A stretch of 63,655 nucleotides of DNA, filler included, from Octopus bimaculoides (lineage: Eukaryota), in NCBI RefSeq assembly GCF_001194135.2. It is 6 parts of 5 records of this genome, joined end to end, with 100 filler letters (N's around TTAATTAATTAA, not from the genome) between each part and the next. Parts side by side here need not be neighbours in the genome. Positions count along the whole stretch, not along the records: positions 1 to 13,516 come from NC_068990.1; positions 13,617 to 30,759 come from NC_068987.1; 4 more parts are not named here. The stretch is one strand, 5' to 3'. A program made the translations under genes and the position numbers. The notes beneath the pieces are model-generated. The model worked only from the letters and a program-made list of their open reading frames with translations, ran no database searches and was not told the origin of the DNA. Of the stretch, positions 1 through 13,669 are shown piece after piece (position 1 is the first letter of the stretch; every line of letters begins with the position of its first letter).

Positions 1-349
1 CATAGGTGCCCTGGGAATGACAGCGAAACGGGCTGATTACTACCTAGCTCAGATACCAGGGAACCCCAAAATGGCTGAAGTTCAAAAGATAGTGCTCATG
101 GGAACTGCCCATATCCTACGTAAAATACTGTCTACGTGATCTCAAATTTTAAAGCAAACACATAATTTTCTTATGGTTTCTTAAACATTCACTTGAACAA
201 AACTGTACAAATCCAAATATATGGTACCCTAGGCATAACACCTACATGAACTTCTAACTTGTTGTCTCTTGAGGTCTCTGGGTGAGACTTGGATCCAACT
301 TGTACAAATGCAAAATAAAAGTCAAACATAAAATAATAATAATAATAAT
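1..349 (+). mobile_element. 3' end of a non-LTR retrotransposon with restriction-like endonuclease (R2/R4/NeSL/HERO-type); ORF remnant 2-139, 3' UTR, (TAA)n tail
   Basis: Manual translation from nt 2 gives IGALGMTAKRADYYLAQIPGNPKMAEVQKIVLMGTAHILRKILST* (stop 137-139). The IGALG...QK.VL.GTA.ILRK.L pattern is typical of RLE-domain C-termini. A (TAA)n tract lies at 331-349. Confidence 0.8.
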
Positions 350-351
350 CC

Positions 352-525
352 CTTCTACTAAGAGCACAAAGGGAGAAACCTTGCAGGAGAGGGTAAGTCG
401 ATCACATCGACACCAGTACTTCACTGGGACTTAATTTATCGACCCCGAAAGGATGAAAGCAAATTTGACCTCGGCGGGATTTGAACTCAGAACGTAAAGA
501 CGGACAAAATGCCAGCTCGCCACCT
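352..525 (-). mobile_element. tRNA-derived SINE, family A
   Basis: Reverse complement has a B-box-like GAGTTCAAATCC followed by the conserved central motif CTTTCATCCTTTCGGGGTCGATAAATTAAGT. Homologous copies recur across the window. Confidence 0.8.
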
Positions 526-1228
526 GAATGATGATAATAACAATGATAATGCATGTGTAGAAATGAGGATTATAATTAATGCCATGGTTTCTAAATGAAG
601 CACCGAACACACACACACACACACGCACACACACACACACGTACACACACAATGTAAATTTATGTTGGATAATAACCCAGCGAATTCCTTATGCAGCCCT
701 CAATACGAACTACCGCTATCAATGCTTTAAAATTGGTATTTAAGAAAGTCGTACATGAGCAGGAATTCCAGGTATTTTTCAATGGTATAATTAGTGTGTA
801 GAATAAAATATAACACATTGCATAAAGTAAAATATAACACATTGAAAATTAAGATATCAATAAAGCATAAATTTAATACTGGCTACAATTATTTCATTAC
901 CCTACCGCTTCATATCACATTTCATAGAGATAAATCTGTGTGATAAATTACATGAGAAATGTATAAATTTATCTCTGGTTGAATACATATCACACATGAT
1001 ATTATGTATACGAGCAACTTTTGGAGTGTCTTACGAATGCCGCGCTGTTCTATTCAAGCATAGATACATTTACATAATCCTGCTGTAATTTGCCACACGT
1101 AATTATCTTCCTGTATTGTGGTTTGAAGCGAAACTTACTGAAACAAATATAACCTCTATTAAACTCACGCCATATTGATATTTTCAGCTTATATTTTACC
1201 TTATATTTATACGAAAGCACACACATAT

Positions 1229-1267
<39 letters not shown>

Positions 1268-3611
1268 GTTGATATGCTAATACAAAGAGACACACACGTA
1301 TCGTGTCTTTCTGTGTGTATACATATGCACATATACACANNNNNNNNNNNNNNNNNNNNNNNNNNNNNNNNNNNNNNNNNNNNNNNNNNNNNNNNNNNNN
1401 NNNNNNNNNNNNNNNNNNNNNNNNNNNNNNNNNNNNNNNNNNNNNNNNNNNNNNNNNNNNNNNNNNNNNNNNNNNNNNNNNNNNNNNNNNNNNNNNNNNN
1501 NNNNNNNNNNNNNNNNNNNNNNNNNNNNNNNNNNNNNNNNNNNNNNNNNNNNNNNNNNNNNNNNNNNNNNNNNNNNNNNNNNNNNNNNNNNNNNNNNNNN
1601 NNNNNNNNNNNNNNNNNNNNNNNNNNNNNNNNNNNNNNNNNNNNNNNNNNNNNNNNNNNNNNNNNNNNNNNNNNNNNNNNNNNNNNNNNNNNNNNNNNNN
1701 NNNNNNNNNNNNNNNNNNNNNNNNNNNNNNNNNNNNNNNNNNNNNNNNNNNNNNNNNNNNNNNNNNNNNNNNNNNNNNNNNNNNNNNNNNNNNNNNNNNN
1801 NNNNNNNNNNNNNNNNNNNNNNNNNNNNNNNNNNNNNNNNNNNNNNNNNNNNNNNNNNNNNNNNNNNNNNNNNNNNNNNNNNNNNNNNNNNNNNNNNNNN
1901 NNNNNNNNNNNNNNNNNNNNNNNNNNNNNNNNNNNNNNNNNNNNNNNNNNNNNNNNNNNNNNNNNNNNNNNNNNNNNNNNNNNNNNNNNNNNNNNNNNNN
2001 NNNNNNNNNNNNNNNNNNNNNNNNNNNNNNNNNNNAAAATGCATATTTTTATTTTAAATGTAATTCAAAGAAAAGTTCATAATTGTTTTTTTAATTTTTT
2101 TTAAATATGTATTTTTGATAAGGTTCATTTTTTCAAGAACCGAAACATGTAAAATATCTTTGCGAAAATTAAAATTTGTCGTATAGAGTGGCGTTTTCAA
2201 ACTTCTTTTTTATAAATATATACCCACTCATATGCCACCTACACTTTTTATCCATACATATATTCACATACACACGGTGTGTCTATATATTTATTTCCAA
2301 AATACATACTTGCATGAAAGTTTAAATGCACAAATGAATTACTTGTGTTCTAGAACTGTATATGAAATTGAATTATATGATTCAGTAAGTTATTTACTGT
2401 AAAAGGAGACAAAAAAGAAATCAATTTAAAAAAAAAATCTATCGTTGGAAATCGTTTTAAGTCATGTAACCGCTTATTGAAAACCGTAATCTATATTGGT
2501 AACAGTTAGGACCCAAATTATCAAGCTCGTTTATAAAATAAATACTGATTTTTTTGTTCAATAAGTAACATTTTGAAGACATTCCAAAGAAATTTCAATT
2601 TCACTTTAGAAATAAGTTGTCTGGTGAAGGTATTTATGAGTTTGTTTATTTCTTTAATGATATTTGTTATTTCTTAGTTTATAATAACTTTAGAGACATG
2701 AGATTTTAATATGCACTACTAGCATGTTTCATTTCAAGTAAAATAATACGTATGCGCGCGTGTGTATGGACACATACTGTCAGCTAAAATAGAGTATGAA
2801 TCATAGACAATGAAACAAAACAGAGAATCGTGTTTCTGTTTCACTTTAAACAAAGAAAACTTTACAGAAATGTTAAGACTATATTTTAATATAGTTAACG
2901 AATGAAAAAAAACAAAGATGGGGCATATAACGATATGTTTGAAAAGAGAGAAGGAGAGAGGTAGAGAGAATGGGAGAATAGAGAAAGAGGGAAAGAAAAA
3001 GAGAGAAAGGTAGAAAAAGAAATCCATACATGGAAGGAATGGAATCGTGAACTTGGATTCTATCTATTTCGTAAGTTGATTCAAGTAAAGTAATTATAAC
3101 AAAATGAACGAAACTGACTTCATTAAATTCTTGGCTTTTTAATCGTATTTGCAATGCCATTGTATATATATTTACCCTCAAAATATGGGGTGCATATCGA
3201 TTTGTGGCTATGAAAAGGTTATGGCAGTAAGTTACATAAAATATAAAGTTACACTGTATATAATAAATAAGGCATTGATCGTAATAATGATATATTTATG
3301 GTTGGATCAAGTTCATGCATTTGTAAGTATGTAGTTTACTGAAATGATAGCATTCCATGTCGGGTAATGAAGGTACCTGACTTAGCGGCTGTGATACTTG
3401 TCTCCTGGCTGTGATATCAATGTTTCAATTCATAGACAGGGAAGTACATTGTGTCACTGAACTAGACACTTCGTTTTACATCGTCTACTATCCGTATTTT
3501 GGAGCGGTCTTCTTTCTCTACAGCCGACACACCCTGGAATGTCTGCTGGATCAAGAGCGAGAGACTGAAAGGCCATCGATATTTATTTACAAGCATATAC
3601 AAGCACCTCAA

Positions 3612-3700
3612 AGTGGCGATCTAGAGCAACCGCTAGCACGACGGGCATAAGGTTTAGCAGCATTTCGTCTGTCTTTACGTTCTGAGTTCAAATTCCGTCG

Positions 3701-3793
<93 letters not shown>
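3612..3793 (+). mobile_element. 5' part of family A SINE running directly into a (TG)n tract (3703-3793)
   Basis: GCATTTCGTCTGTCTTTACGTTCTGAGTTCAAATTCCG matches the family A head and is truncated at the microsatellite. Confidence 0.7.
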
Positions 3794-3795
<2 letters not shown>

Positions 3796-3800
3796 ATGTA

Positions 3801-4656
3801 CTAGGTTGAGTCAAACGTTTCAAGTAAGGCGACTTTAGCCTCGAAGACAAACCGAGTCCATGCTTGAAATAGTTGAACAACAGCTAGCACAAACGCTGCT
3901 ACATTACTGGCAGAACTTGCTTCCTCACAAAGCACCATCAGTCGACACCTCCATATGTTCGGCTTTGTGAACAGACGCTGTCGAGAAACTCCTCATGAAC
4001 TGATCAGCACAACAACGTGTAAACTTTTGCAAACAACTGCTGGCAATCATCAAGATGCCCGTTTTTGCCTTTGAACTGTAAGTGAGGATGAACGATGGGT
4101 TTATTTTCGTAATTTTAATAAGAGAAATCAGTGGCTTCCTTCCAGCCAGACTTCAGAACATGTTGTCAAACATGGGCTGTTTGAGCAGAAATTCATGTTA
4201 TGTGCTTGATGGAATTTCGAGGGTTTGTGGCACTTCAGCGAGCATATCATACTTTGAAAACTCACAACCAGGCAATGGTTAATCGGAGACTCACACTGCC
4301 ACAGCATGACAATTCCTCAGGACGTACTGACAATGTTGCCAGGCAAAAAATCTGCGGAATTTGAGTGACTGGAAGTGCTGCCTCACCCTGCATACAATCT
4401 AGACCTTGCATCTCCTTCAAAGACGGAGGTTGAGCAATGTGGATGAGGTTGAAAACGGGTGACGAGTATCTTGAGCCTTTAAACCAGTCACATGATATAA
4501 GCGTGGAATTAAGCTTCTGGCACAACGATGGCAACATACAATAGAATATAATAGGATAGACTTTGATGAATAAACGCTTTCCATATGTAATTTGATTGAA
4601 CTATTAATTAAAGTTTGAAATTAAACAAAAAAAAAACAACTTTTGACTCAGCCTGG
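3801..4656 (+). mobile_element. Decayed, internally deleted mariner transposon with both TIRs and TA target-site duplication
   Basis: Left end TA|CTAGGTTGAGTCAAACGTT and right end (reverse complement) TA|CCAGGCTGAGTCAAAAGTT. Frameshifted remnants include STISRHLHMFG, TPHEL, EDERWVYFRN, QHDN, LPHPAYNLDLA and GIKLLAQRWQHTIEY. Confidence 0.85.
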
Positions 4657-5437
4657 TATATGCGCAGACAAACATAACTCCACTTATGCACATACTCACA
4701 CACGTATAAATACAGGAATTCTGAGTCAACTCATGCGGGTCACTTTTATTTGCAGGATTTCGTAAATGATATTACAATAGGATGAACGAGTTGTTTCAGA
4801 ACTTAAGAGCAGATTATACTAAAAGCTATCAACAAACAGTAATTCTGATAAATTTCCTCCAGATACATTTTAACAGATTTATACAGTTTGTTTGTACAGT
4901 CATTCATGTAAGATAAGAAGCACTATGTAAGCCACATTAAAATGCAAAAGACCGCGATTATCTAAGTTTTATGCTAAAGGAAAGCTCATTTGAAAAACTA
5001 ATATTCTTTAAATCTATCAACAGTTTATTTCCTGTTTTAAAAACCTACCATTGAGAATATTACAAGCCTGCTTATAACATTGCATGTCTATTTTTATTTT
5101 TTATTTTTTTCTTCTTCTCACTTTTGATAAATAATGTCATTTTCTTGACTCTCTATGTATAGAGTTACTAAGTGAAGGACGCTTATTAGCTTCGTTGACG
5201 TCACTGGCCAAGATAGCCAATGTATAGAAGATATTAATGATGAATGGTATCTCTTTCCTCCTTCAGTGCTAGAGAAATGCTGAAGCCAGCACGAAAAGCA
5301 ACTGCATGTGTCAATTAGAAGACCAAGAGGGAATCATCAAAAATATTTTTCTTTCGTAAGAGATCCATAAACAATCGATGGACAGATGCGTAGCTATGGC
5401 AACGGAGTCAGTATTTATATCAAGGTGTAACTTTATT

Positions 5438-6010
5438 ATAATTATTATTATTATCATTATCATTATTGAGTGAGAGAGCGGTGCATTCCATCAAAGTGCC
5501 ACTGGGGTAAAATATACGAAGTCTCGTGTACTCATCATGATTACTCGTTTGATAAGAGTACACCGGGCACATCACAACCATACGTGCGTGACATTGTGAT
5601 CTCATATCAAGGTAAACAGCGCATGACCTTGCAGGTGGGGCCCAGTTAAAATTTACTTCAGGACGAGTAGCCCATCCCGCTCAAAAGATCCCTGAATAAG
5701 GATCGTTTAAGGATGTTGTACGAGGTGAATTTTTCAAAACTCTAAAAATTCCTCTCAGCTCATGGCTATGGTGCTCCCCAACTACTTCTGCTCATGATCA
5801 GCGATGTACATGTCAGCCACTAAGGCACATGCACAAATGGTTGAGGTCAAGCAACTGATAAGGAAATTTGTGATATTGGACAGAATATTTGCTGTAGCCC
5901 ATCTTTTATACCAAGACAAATCAGTGTACATGATAACACTTCCAATCAGTGAAGATCAGAAGCCATGTAAGCCACTGCTCCACGTAAATTTTTACGTTCC
6001 AATCTGTTTC
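5438..6010 (-). mobile_element. Probable 3' end/UTR of a non-LTR retroelement with (TAA)n tail, unclassified
   Basis: The complex, GC-richer segment ends on the minus strand in a (TAA/TGA)n tract at 5438-5465. No protein motif was recognised with confidence. Confidence 0.4.
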
Positions 6011-6951
6011 CAGTATAGTGGTTAAGGAACCATTATACTTAATAGTATTACTATATATAAAATAGAGAGCAGGTGTAAGAGAAATTAAGATAAACACGAG
6101 TTTATATTATTAGTTGCACAGCATGTTTCACCATTCTGGTTGGATGAAATCGTCATTTTATGCTCCAAGTGCATATGGATGCTTAGTCAGAACTGATCAC
6201 CAGGGGACACTAAACAGCATTGAGTTACAGAAAACTAATGTCGATAGTTGTGTACATGGTGAGGTGTCTTATAAGTAATTGTTAAGGAAATTGAAAGAAA
6301 AAACTTGGAAGAGAAAGAAAAAGACGGACTAAGAAAAAGAGAGAAGGGGAGAATAGAATAGAGGAAGAGAAGACAAAGAAAGAATAAAAAAGAAAAATGA
6401 AGAGAGAGCAAATATAAGAGATATAAGAAAAAAAAAGAACCGAACAGGAGAAGTAGCACGAGGAAAAGGAAAAAGAGTCAGAAGAATGAAAAAAAGAAAG
6501 AATAAAAAATGTTAAATATATAACAAGAAAAATGAATAAATACATAAAAAGAAATGAATAAATACATAATTAAATATATCTAAAAGAAACAAACAGAGAG
6601 AGAGGGGAGACAGAGGAGGAGAAAGAGAGAGAGAAAGGAAAGCAAACTCGGAAAGAGAACAAATGAGAGGGGGAGACAAATAAGAGATAATAAAAAGGGG
6701 AGTAAAATTGTGAGTCATTAACTTATTTATTTAATTGAAACCAAGGAGATAGGAAAATGATTGTACACAAATATATACTTAGGTATAAGGAGGTCTTGTT
6801 TCCGCACATAATAAACATCCAGAGGTTATGTTCTGTAGTTCAACACATACTCACAAAAGTTAAAACTCATATAAGCAGGCAATAGACCACGTGCAGGTGC
6901 CCATACACCCACGCTGAACCACAAACAGGCAGACATTAAATACATATATAC

Positions 6952-7019
6952 ATAGGGACGAACGTGGCCCTGTGGTAAGAAACTTGCTTCCCAACCACAT
7001 GACTCAGTGATTAGTCCCA

Positions 7020-7022
<3 letters not shown>
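6952..7022 (+). mobile_element. Family C SINE head truncated at (TA)n
   Basis: GTGGTAAGAAACTTGCTTCCCAACCACATG...AGTCCCACT matches the head of the full copy at 39305. Confidence 0.7.
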
Positions 7023-7060
<38 letters not shown>

Positions 7061-7644
7061 GATCTAAGACAAGAAGAACAAACACAAAAAGACAACGTGA
7101 TGGCGTGGTACATGTAAAGTATTGGTAGACGCTACATATCTGTTCTGGATTGATCGTTGACCGACAACTTATCACAAGAATAGGTTAAAAATAATACAGA
7201 GATATTTGCTTAAAGGAAAATAGGACGTAGTGCTCCCTTTGCCGAATTAAAAAAAAAGGCATTAGTTACACAAACGAAGAGAAATTCCTACAAACCGTTC
7301 TAAGCATAATCACACGGAGGCCAGAAACATGACTTAACGTTTCAAGCAGATGCTCTTTTTCGGAAGCAGAGTTAAGTCCAATGGAAGGGAAGACGGAGGA
7401 AGAAATTCGCCAACGATTCACATGTGCTTACATTTTGAAATGTATATATATATAGATATATGTGTGTGTGCGTGTACGTGCATTTGTGTGTGTGCGTGTT
7501 TGTGCGTGTGTAGGTATACATGTGTGCGCGTGCACGTATATGTGTGTATGTGTGTGTGTGTTTGTGCTTGTCCCCCACTAGTATATGTCAACTAATGTTG
7601 GTGTGTTATCGTCCCCTTAACCTAGCAGTTCGGCACACACACAC

Positions 7645-7683
<39 letters not shown>

Positions 7684-7745
7684 ATAGGATTAATGTAATG
7701 TAATATAAAGCTGAAGCAAATTAACACCAAATATACAGTGTGTGT

Positions 7746-7815
<70 letters not shown>

Positions 7816-7984
7816 TAATGATAATAATAAAAATAAAATGAAAATAAAAGAATGATTGTACAAACAAACTGTATAAATCTGTTAAAATGTATCTGGAGGA
7901 AATTTATCAGAATTACTGTTTGTTGATAGCTTTTAGGATAATGAGGAATTTATATATATATATATATAAAACTTAACTCGTACT

Positions 7985-8135
7985 TATGAGTCGAAAGACG
8001 CCTGTTGTTATTTTATTGTTGTTTGTATTTGTAATCGAGTAACATTTCTCCGTTTTCTCGTTTTTCTTATCTGTGTTATCGTACACATTCGCTTGCTTTC
8101 TTCCAAAACTTTAATGCTGATTTTTGGGGCTTACC
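7985..8135. repeat. Unclassified interspersed repeat, second copy at 33921-34100
   Basis: Both copies share GAGTCGAAAGAC[G/A]CCTGTTGTTAT...TACACATTCGCT(T)GCTTTCTTCCAA. Confidence 0.55.
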
Positions 8136-8308
8136 TATGTTGGGGCTTACCTAGGCCGAAACCGTAATGATAATTGGAAGCTTGACTTATAAACAGAGAG
8201 CCACAAAAGCAAGTAATATATATATAAGGAATAAGAACGTAACGAACGACAATTAAAACATACGGACATATAGACGATATAAACACGGACAGGAAAAACC
8301 AGGGCGGC

Positions 8309-8402
8309 TATAGTAGAAGTCACATGCCCAAGGTGCCACGCAGTGGGACTGAACCATGTGGTTCGTAAGCAAGCTACTTACCACACAGCCAAACCTACGC
8401 CC
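8309..8402 (-). mobile_element. Family C SINE head
   Basis: CCCAAGGTGCCACGCAGTGGGACTGAACC...ACCACACAGCC is the reverse complement of the family C head. Confidence 0.7.
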
Positions 8403-8973
8403 ATATATTTAAGATTCTACCACTTCACTCTATTTCTTTCGCATAGATATTGTCCCCATAACTGGAAATAATTCATTACGTTTCTTTCTTTCTCTAAAAA
8501 GATACAATTTCAAATAAATTGAGACATAACTATATGCTTATATAGATACATGAATACAAATATGTGTGTGTGTGTTTATATATACGCACACAGACACACA
8601 GACACACACACTCACTCAACTCACATTCTCATACGGACATACACTCACACACAAGTAATCCTCATATAACTCAATTTTTTTCCCAAATATATGCGTGCAG
8701 TAAATATTCTTTTTTTTTTTTTCAGCAAGTATATGCGTATGTGTTTGTGTGTCAATAGGCAAGGAAGACCTAAACGTGCTGAAGTTGATAACGGGAAATG
8801 GAAAGCTGTGATAGACATCCTAGAAATGAAAAAAAAAATTCACTAGCATTATGATAACCATAACAGTAGCTGCATTTGCAAGAATAACACTTGTACAACT
8901 CCTACTACAATATGGTAATTTTTTTTTTAATTACACACACACAAACATAAGCGCATTGTATCACACTGAGTAT

Positions 8974-9019
<46 letters not shown>

Positions 9020-10859
9020 NNNNNNNNNNNNNNNNNNNNNNNNNNNNNNNNNNNNNNNNNNNNNNNNNNNNNNNNNNNNNNNNNNNNNNNNNNNNNNNNN
9101 NNNNNNNNNNNNNNNNNNNNNNNNNNNNNNNNNNNNNNNNNNNNNNNNNNNNNNNNNNNNNNNNNNNNNNNNNNNNNNNNNNNNNNNNNNNNNNNNNNNN
9201 NNNNNNNNNNNNNNNNNNNNNNNNNNNNNNNNNNNNNNNNNNNNNNNNNNNNNNNNNNNNNNNNNNNNNNNNNNNNNNNNNNNNNNNNNNNNNNNNNNNN
9301 NNNNNNNNNNNNNNNNNNNNNNNNNNNNNNNNNNNNNNNNNNNNNNNNNNNNNNNNNNNNNNNNNNNNNNNNNNNNNNNNNNNNNNNNNNNNNNNNNNNN
9401 NNNNNNNNNNNNNNNNNNNNNNNNNNNNNNNNNNNNNNNNNNNNNNNNNNNNNNNNNNNNNNNNNNNNNNNNNNNNNNNNNNNNNNNNNNNNNNNNNNNN
9501 NNNNNNNNNNNNNNNNNNNNNNNNNNNNNNNNNNNNNNNNNNNNNNNNNNNNNNNNNNNNNNNNNNNNNNNNNNNNNNNNNNNNNNNNNNNNNNNNNNNN
9601 NNNNNNNNNNNNNNNNNNNNNNNNNNNNNNNNNNNNNNNNNNNNNNNNNNNNNNNNNNNNNNNNNNNNNNNNNNNNNNNNNNNNNNNNNNNNNNNNNNNN
9701 NNNNNNNNNNNNNNNNNNNNNNNNNNNNNNNNNNNNNNNNNNNATATATATCGCTTAGACATTCATATATGTGGTGGATGACAGACAACGCTCGAAACTG
9801 TAAAGTCGAAGGCATCCACGTTTAAGTAACGTGTATAGACCAAATATCTAGGAAACTGACTAGTGGTTACTTAAATGTTTGTCTCAGCTGAGACGTTTCC
9901 CCAGACTAAATTCGTTTTTAATATGAAATATGATGTAAATCTTTGACGTTTATAGAAGTCTAAAACTTAACGAAGTCAAATTTTTACTAAGAAAATATTT
10001 TATATATCGTTGGGTAAAAATCTATGATATGAATTCGAATGAGATATCGAGAAATACAAGATAAAGGCATTCCTAGGTGCAGCAATTCGATATCTTAGAT
10101 TTTTTTAAAAGCTTTTTCTACGTTTCATCTATGACTATTAAATTCACTTATTTCACATTTAGATCACTGTAATTTCTGCCAAATTTTCTGCGCGTTTTAC
10201 TTTATATCCGAAGAAACGACAAACTGTGTTTAGCAATTTTCAAACGTATATGTGTACCCGTCTGTATCTAAACACACTATACAACGACTGTTGCACAGCA
10301 CGCACGCATACGCACACACATACTGACGCATATACCGACAGAACAGTCTGACATGAATAAAAGCTACATTATTATTACATGTAGTAAACTGATAATGTTG
10401 TAGAAGACACCTCAATATCGATCGATCGCAAGTTATAAAACTATTTTATCTCTTTCGTCTAGAGACAATACTCTAAATTAACACCATATAACTTAAATTC
10501 TTCTCGTACGACCGAGTGAAAACAGCAGTCAAATCTTTCACAAATCCCACTCTACTGTCTTTAAACAATGACAGGTTGTATTTGGTATTGCTAAAGAAAT
10601 TAAGTGATGGTCGTAGTTTGTATGGTTTATAGTAGATTTGTTCAGTTAGAGATGACTTGGGACTATGAACAGACAACAAATATGTATAAACTTTCTTGTT
10701 TTTGAATTAAGATTGGTTATTCTGCTAATTTTAGTGAAATGGCATAAGTGACTATTCAACTTATTCTAACAGTCCAGAGAATGAATATCACGATCAAGTA
10801 TTATAACACAATTGAACGTTTCATGAGTGCCTGCACTCACGTTAACATGTTTCAGACAA

Positions 10860-10993
10860 GGCTACCACTACATCCCGAAAAGATGAAAGGCAAAGTCGAG
10901 CTCGGCGGAATTTGAACTCAGAACGTAAAGACAGACGAAATACCGCTAAGCATTTCGCCCGGCGTGCTAACGCTTCTGCCAGCTGGTCGCCTT
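10860..10993 (-). mobile_element. Family A SINE, well conserved
   Basis: GATGAAAGGCAAAGTCGAGCTCGGCGGAATTTGAACTCAGAACGTAAAGACAGACGAAATACCGCTAAGCATTTCGCCCGGCGTGCTAACG. Confidence 0.8.
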
Positions 10994-11359
10994 GAACATA
11001 TAACTAGAACATTGCGAGACGAATGTTTTAATAACAAGCCAAACCATAGCTTACATTAAAGTTCTTAAGTAAACATGTAACTTGTAAAACTCATCTCTGT
11101 GAAATGCTGATTATCACAAGATAATCACTGTATTACATGGAGAAACACATGACTCATAAAAATGAGACAAAACGCTATGTTTAAATCATTATATATACAT
11201 GTCTTTTTTCCTCATCTGCCTACGCTTCCATTGAAATACGTACATGCATATAACTTCCAATTTAACCTACATACCTACCTGCCTACTAACTTATCCTTTT
11301 GAAAGGGTGTTGTTAACAATAAAGATACCAAGAATGTAATGTTTAAAGCAACAGCGGCT

Positions 11360-11545
11360 CTCACTTGATAATCGTCACCATCATTCTTAACGTCATCATC
11401 TATCATCATCGACATCATCCTCATCACCACTATCATCACCCTTAAAACTACTTTCCCCATCATCAGCATCAATTATCATCACCGTTGTCGCCGCTGCTAC
11501 TATAATAATCATTATCCTTTTCATTATCACCCCAGCCATTTAAAT
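11360..11545. repeat. Degenerate (ATC/ACC)n trinucleotide repeat
   Basis: Visible periodicity; it explains the MMM/DDD ORF at 11275-11472. Confidence 0.8.
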
Positions 11546-12514
11546 TGGTTGTGGTGATAATGTAGTAATCATCACGATTACTAAAATTATTTTAACATTT
11601 AATGAAGTGGCCATGAAATAGTAAATTTTCAAGTGGCTTTTGAAAAATTTCTTACGTCAGCTTCTCTTCTTGTCTCTGCTTCTACATTTGTGTATATTTG
11701 CCTATGTTCTTTTCTCACAATAATAAAGGCACTTTCACACTCACTACCGCTTTCAAATAAAATGTTACAAAAAAAAACAAACAATATTTTTCACTCTGCC
11801 CTGTTAAATGTACGAAGGCGCAGAAACATATATATATATATATATATATATAGGTTTAGATTTAGATTCAAGATTGAATATGGTACTTATGCGTAGGCAC
11901 CAGAATATCTTATGGTATGGTATTATACAAAAACCATTCCAAAAGGATAGGTGATCAAAAAATCAAAAATAAGCAACACGGATTTCAAAGATGATTGCAG
12001 TACACACGTTTNNNNNNNNNNNNNNNNNNNNNNNNNNNNNNNNNNNNNNNNNNNNNNNNNNNNNNNNNNNNNNNNNNNNNNNNNNNNNNNNNNNNNNNNN
12101 NNNNNNNNNNNNNNNNNNNNNNNNNNNNNNNNNNNNNNNNNNNNNNNNNNNNNNNNNNNNNNNNNNNNNNNNNNNNNNNNNNNNNNNNNNNNNNNNNNNN
12201 NNNNNNNNNNNNNNNNNNNNNNNNNNNNNNNNNNNNNNNNNNNNNNNNNNNNNNNNNNNNNNNNNNNNNNNNNNNNNNNNNNNNNNNNNNNNNNNNNNNN
12301 NNNNNNNNNNNNNNNNNNNNNNNNNNNNNNNNNNNNNNNNNNNNNNNNNNNNNNNNNNNNNNNNNNNNNNNNNNNNNNNNNNNNNNNNNNNNNNNNNNNN
12401 NNNNNNNNNNNNNNNNNNNNNNNNNNNNNNNNNNNNNNNNNNNNNNNNNNNNNNNNNNNNNNNNNNNNNNNNNNNNNNNNNNNNNNNNATATATATATAT
12501 ATATATATATATAC

Positions 12515-12739
12515 ACGACGGGCTTCTTTCAGTTTCTGTCTACCAAATCCACTCACAAGGCTTTGGTTGGCCCGAGGCTATAGTAGAAGACATTGGCCCA
12601 AGGTGCCACGCAGTGGGACTGAACCCGAAACCATGTGGTTGCTGCGCCTGCTTAGCAACCACATTCGTTCGACCAAAGTCCTTCAAGGCTGTGCCCCAGT
12701 ATGGTTACAGTCAAATGACTGAAACAAGTGAAAGATAAA
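12515..12739. mobile_element. Family C SINE 5' half (minus, 12515-12662) plus a family C 3' tail (plus, 12681-12739)
   Basis: GACGGGCTTCTTTCAGTTTC...GCAGTGGGACTGAACCCG, then CCCCAGTATGGTTACAGTCAAATGACTGAAACAAG. Confidence 0.7.
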
Positions 12740-13484
12740 TGAATTATATATATGTGTTTACACTAAAAAACACACACACATGCACGTACACACACACACA
12801 CACATACACACACACATGTATATAAACATAAATATGTAGATATATGTGTGTGGTAATGTGTTGGTGTACGGTCTGTGCTTATATTTATAAACTCACAATG
12901 GCACTCACGTATTTGTATTATACATTATCTCGCTCGTTACCATCGGCTATGTGCTGTAAATGATCTTACAATGATTAATGTTTATTTCTCTTCACTTCTT
13001 TTCCTATTATAATTTTCGTAGGCTTTTTCAATATCATATAGTCTTCTTTCATATCCTCTACGCCTCAGTGTATTGCTAACCTATATTTCTTGAATTTCTT
13101 TTCACCTTAGTTACAATCATTATTATCTCCCTTACCTGATGTATTCTTTTCTACTTTTTTCCCCGTCACTTCTCTACCTCGCATACGTATATTTATATTT
13201 AGTTCCGTCTCTGCGATTCTATATCGGTATTCATACTTTTCTTTGTAGTTCTGTATTTTCTTATCTTTCCTACATATGTTTTTCCCTTTATTTCTTTCAT
13301 TTTTATCTTCTTTCCTTATAATTATTTCTTTCCCTGGTCCAAAATTTTACCTGGCATTTAAAAAAAATATTATTTATGCTTTAAAATGAAAATGTTAGTA
13401 GCTTTACGTGAGCAATCTATTACAAGTTATTCACACTCACACAACCATACACACTCACATGCACACCCACACAGGCACACGCAC

Positions 13485-13516
<32 letters not shown>

Positions 13517-13616
13517 NNNNNNNNNNNNNNNNNNNNNNNNNNNNNNNNNNNNNNNNNNNNTTAATTAATTAANNNNNNNNNNNNNNNNNNNNNNNNNNNN
13601 NNNNNNNNNNNNNNNN
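13517..13616. other. Scaffolding spacer (44 N + TTAATTAATTAA + 44 N); the same spacer occurs near 30760-30859, 43840-43939, 57456-57555 and 61563-61662
   Basis: The same 12-mer, with stops in all six frames, is centred in 100-nt gaps five times. Confidence 0.9.

Positions 13617-13669
<53 letters not shown>

Noticed and set aside
1175-2104. Long ORFs of 200-385 aa in the ORF track, here and at other gaps
   Set aside because: They consist of X residues from N runs plus microsatellite translations (YIYI, HTHT, CVCV, LSLS).
13561-13572. TTAATTAATTAA palindrome recurring five times, giving ORFs that end in LIN
   Set aside because: It is always centred in a 100-nt N spacer, so it is artificial scaffolding filler and not a biological motif.
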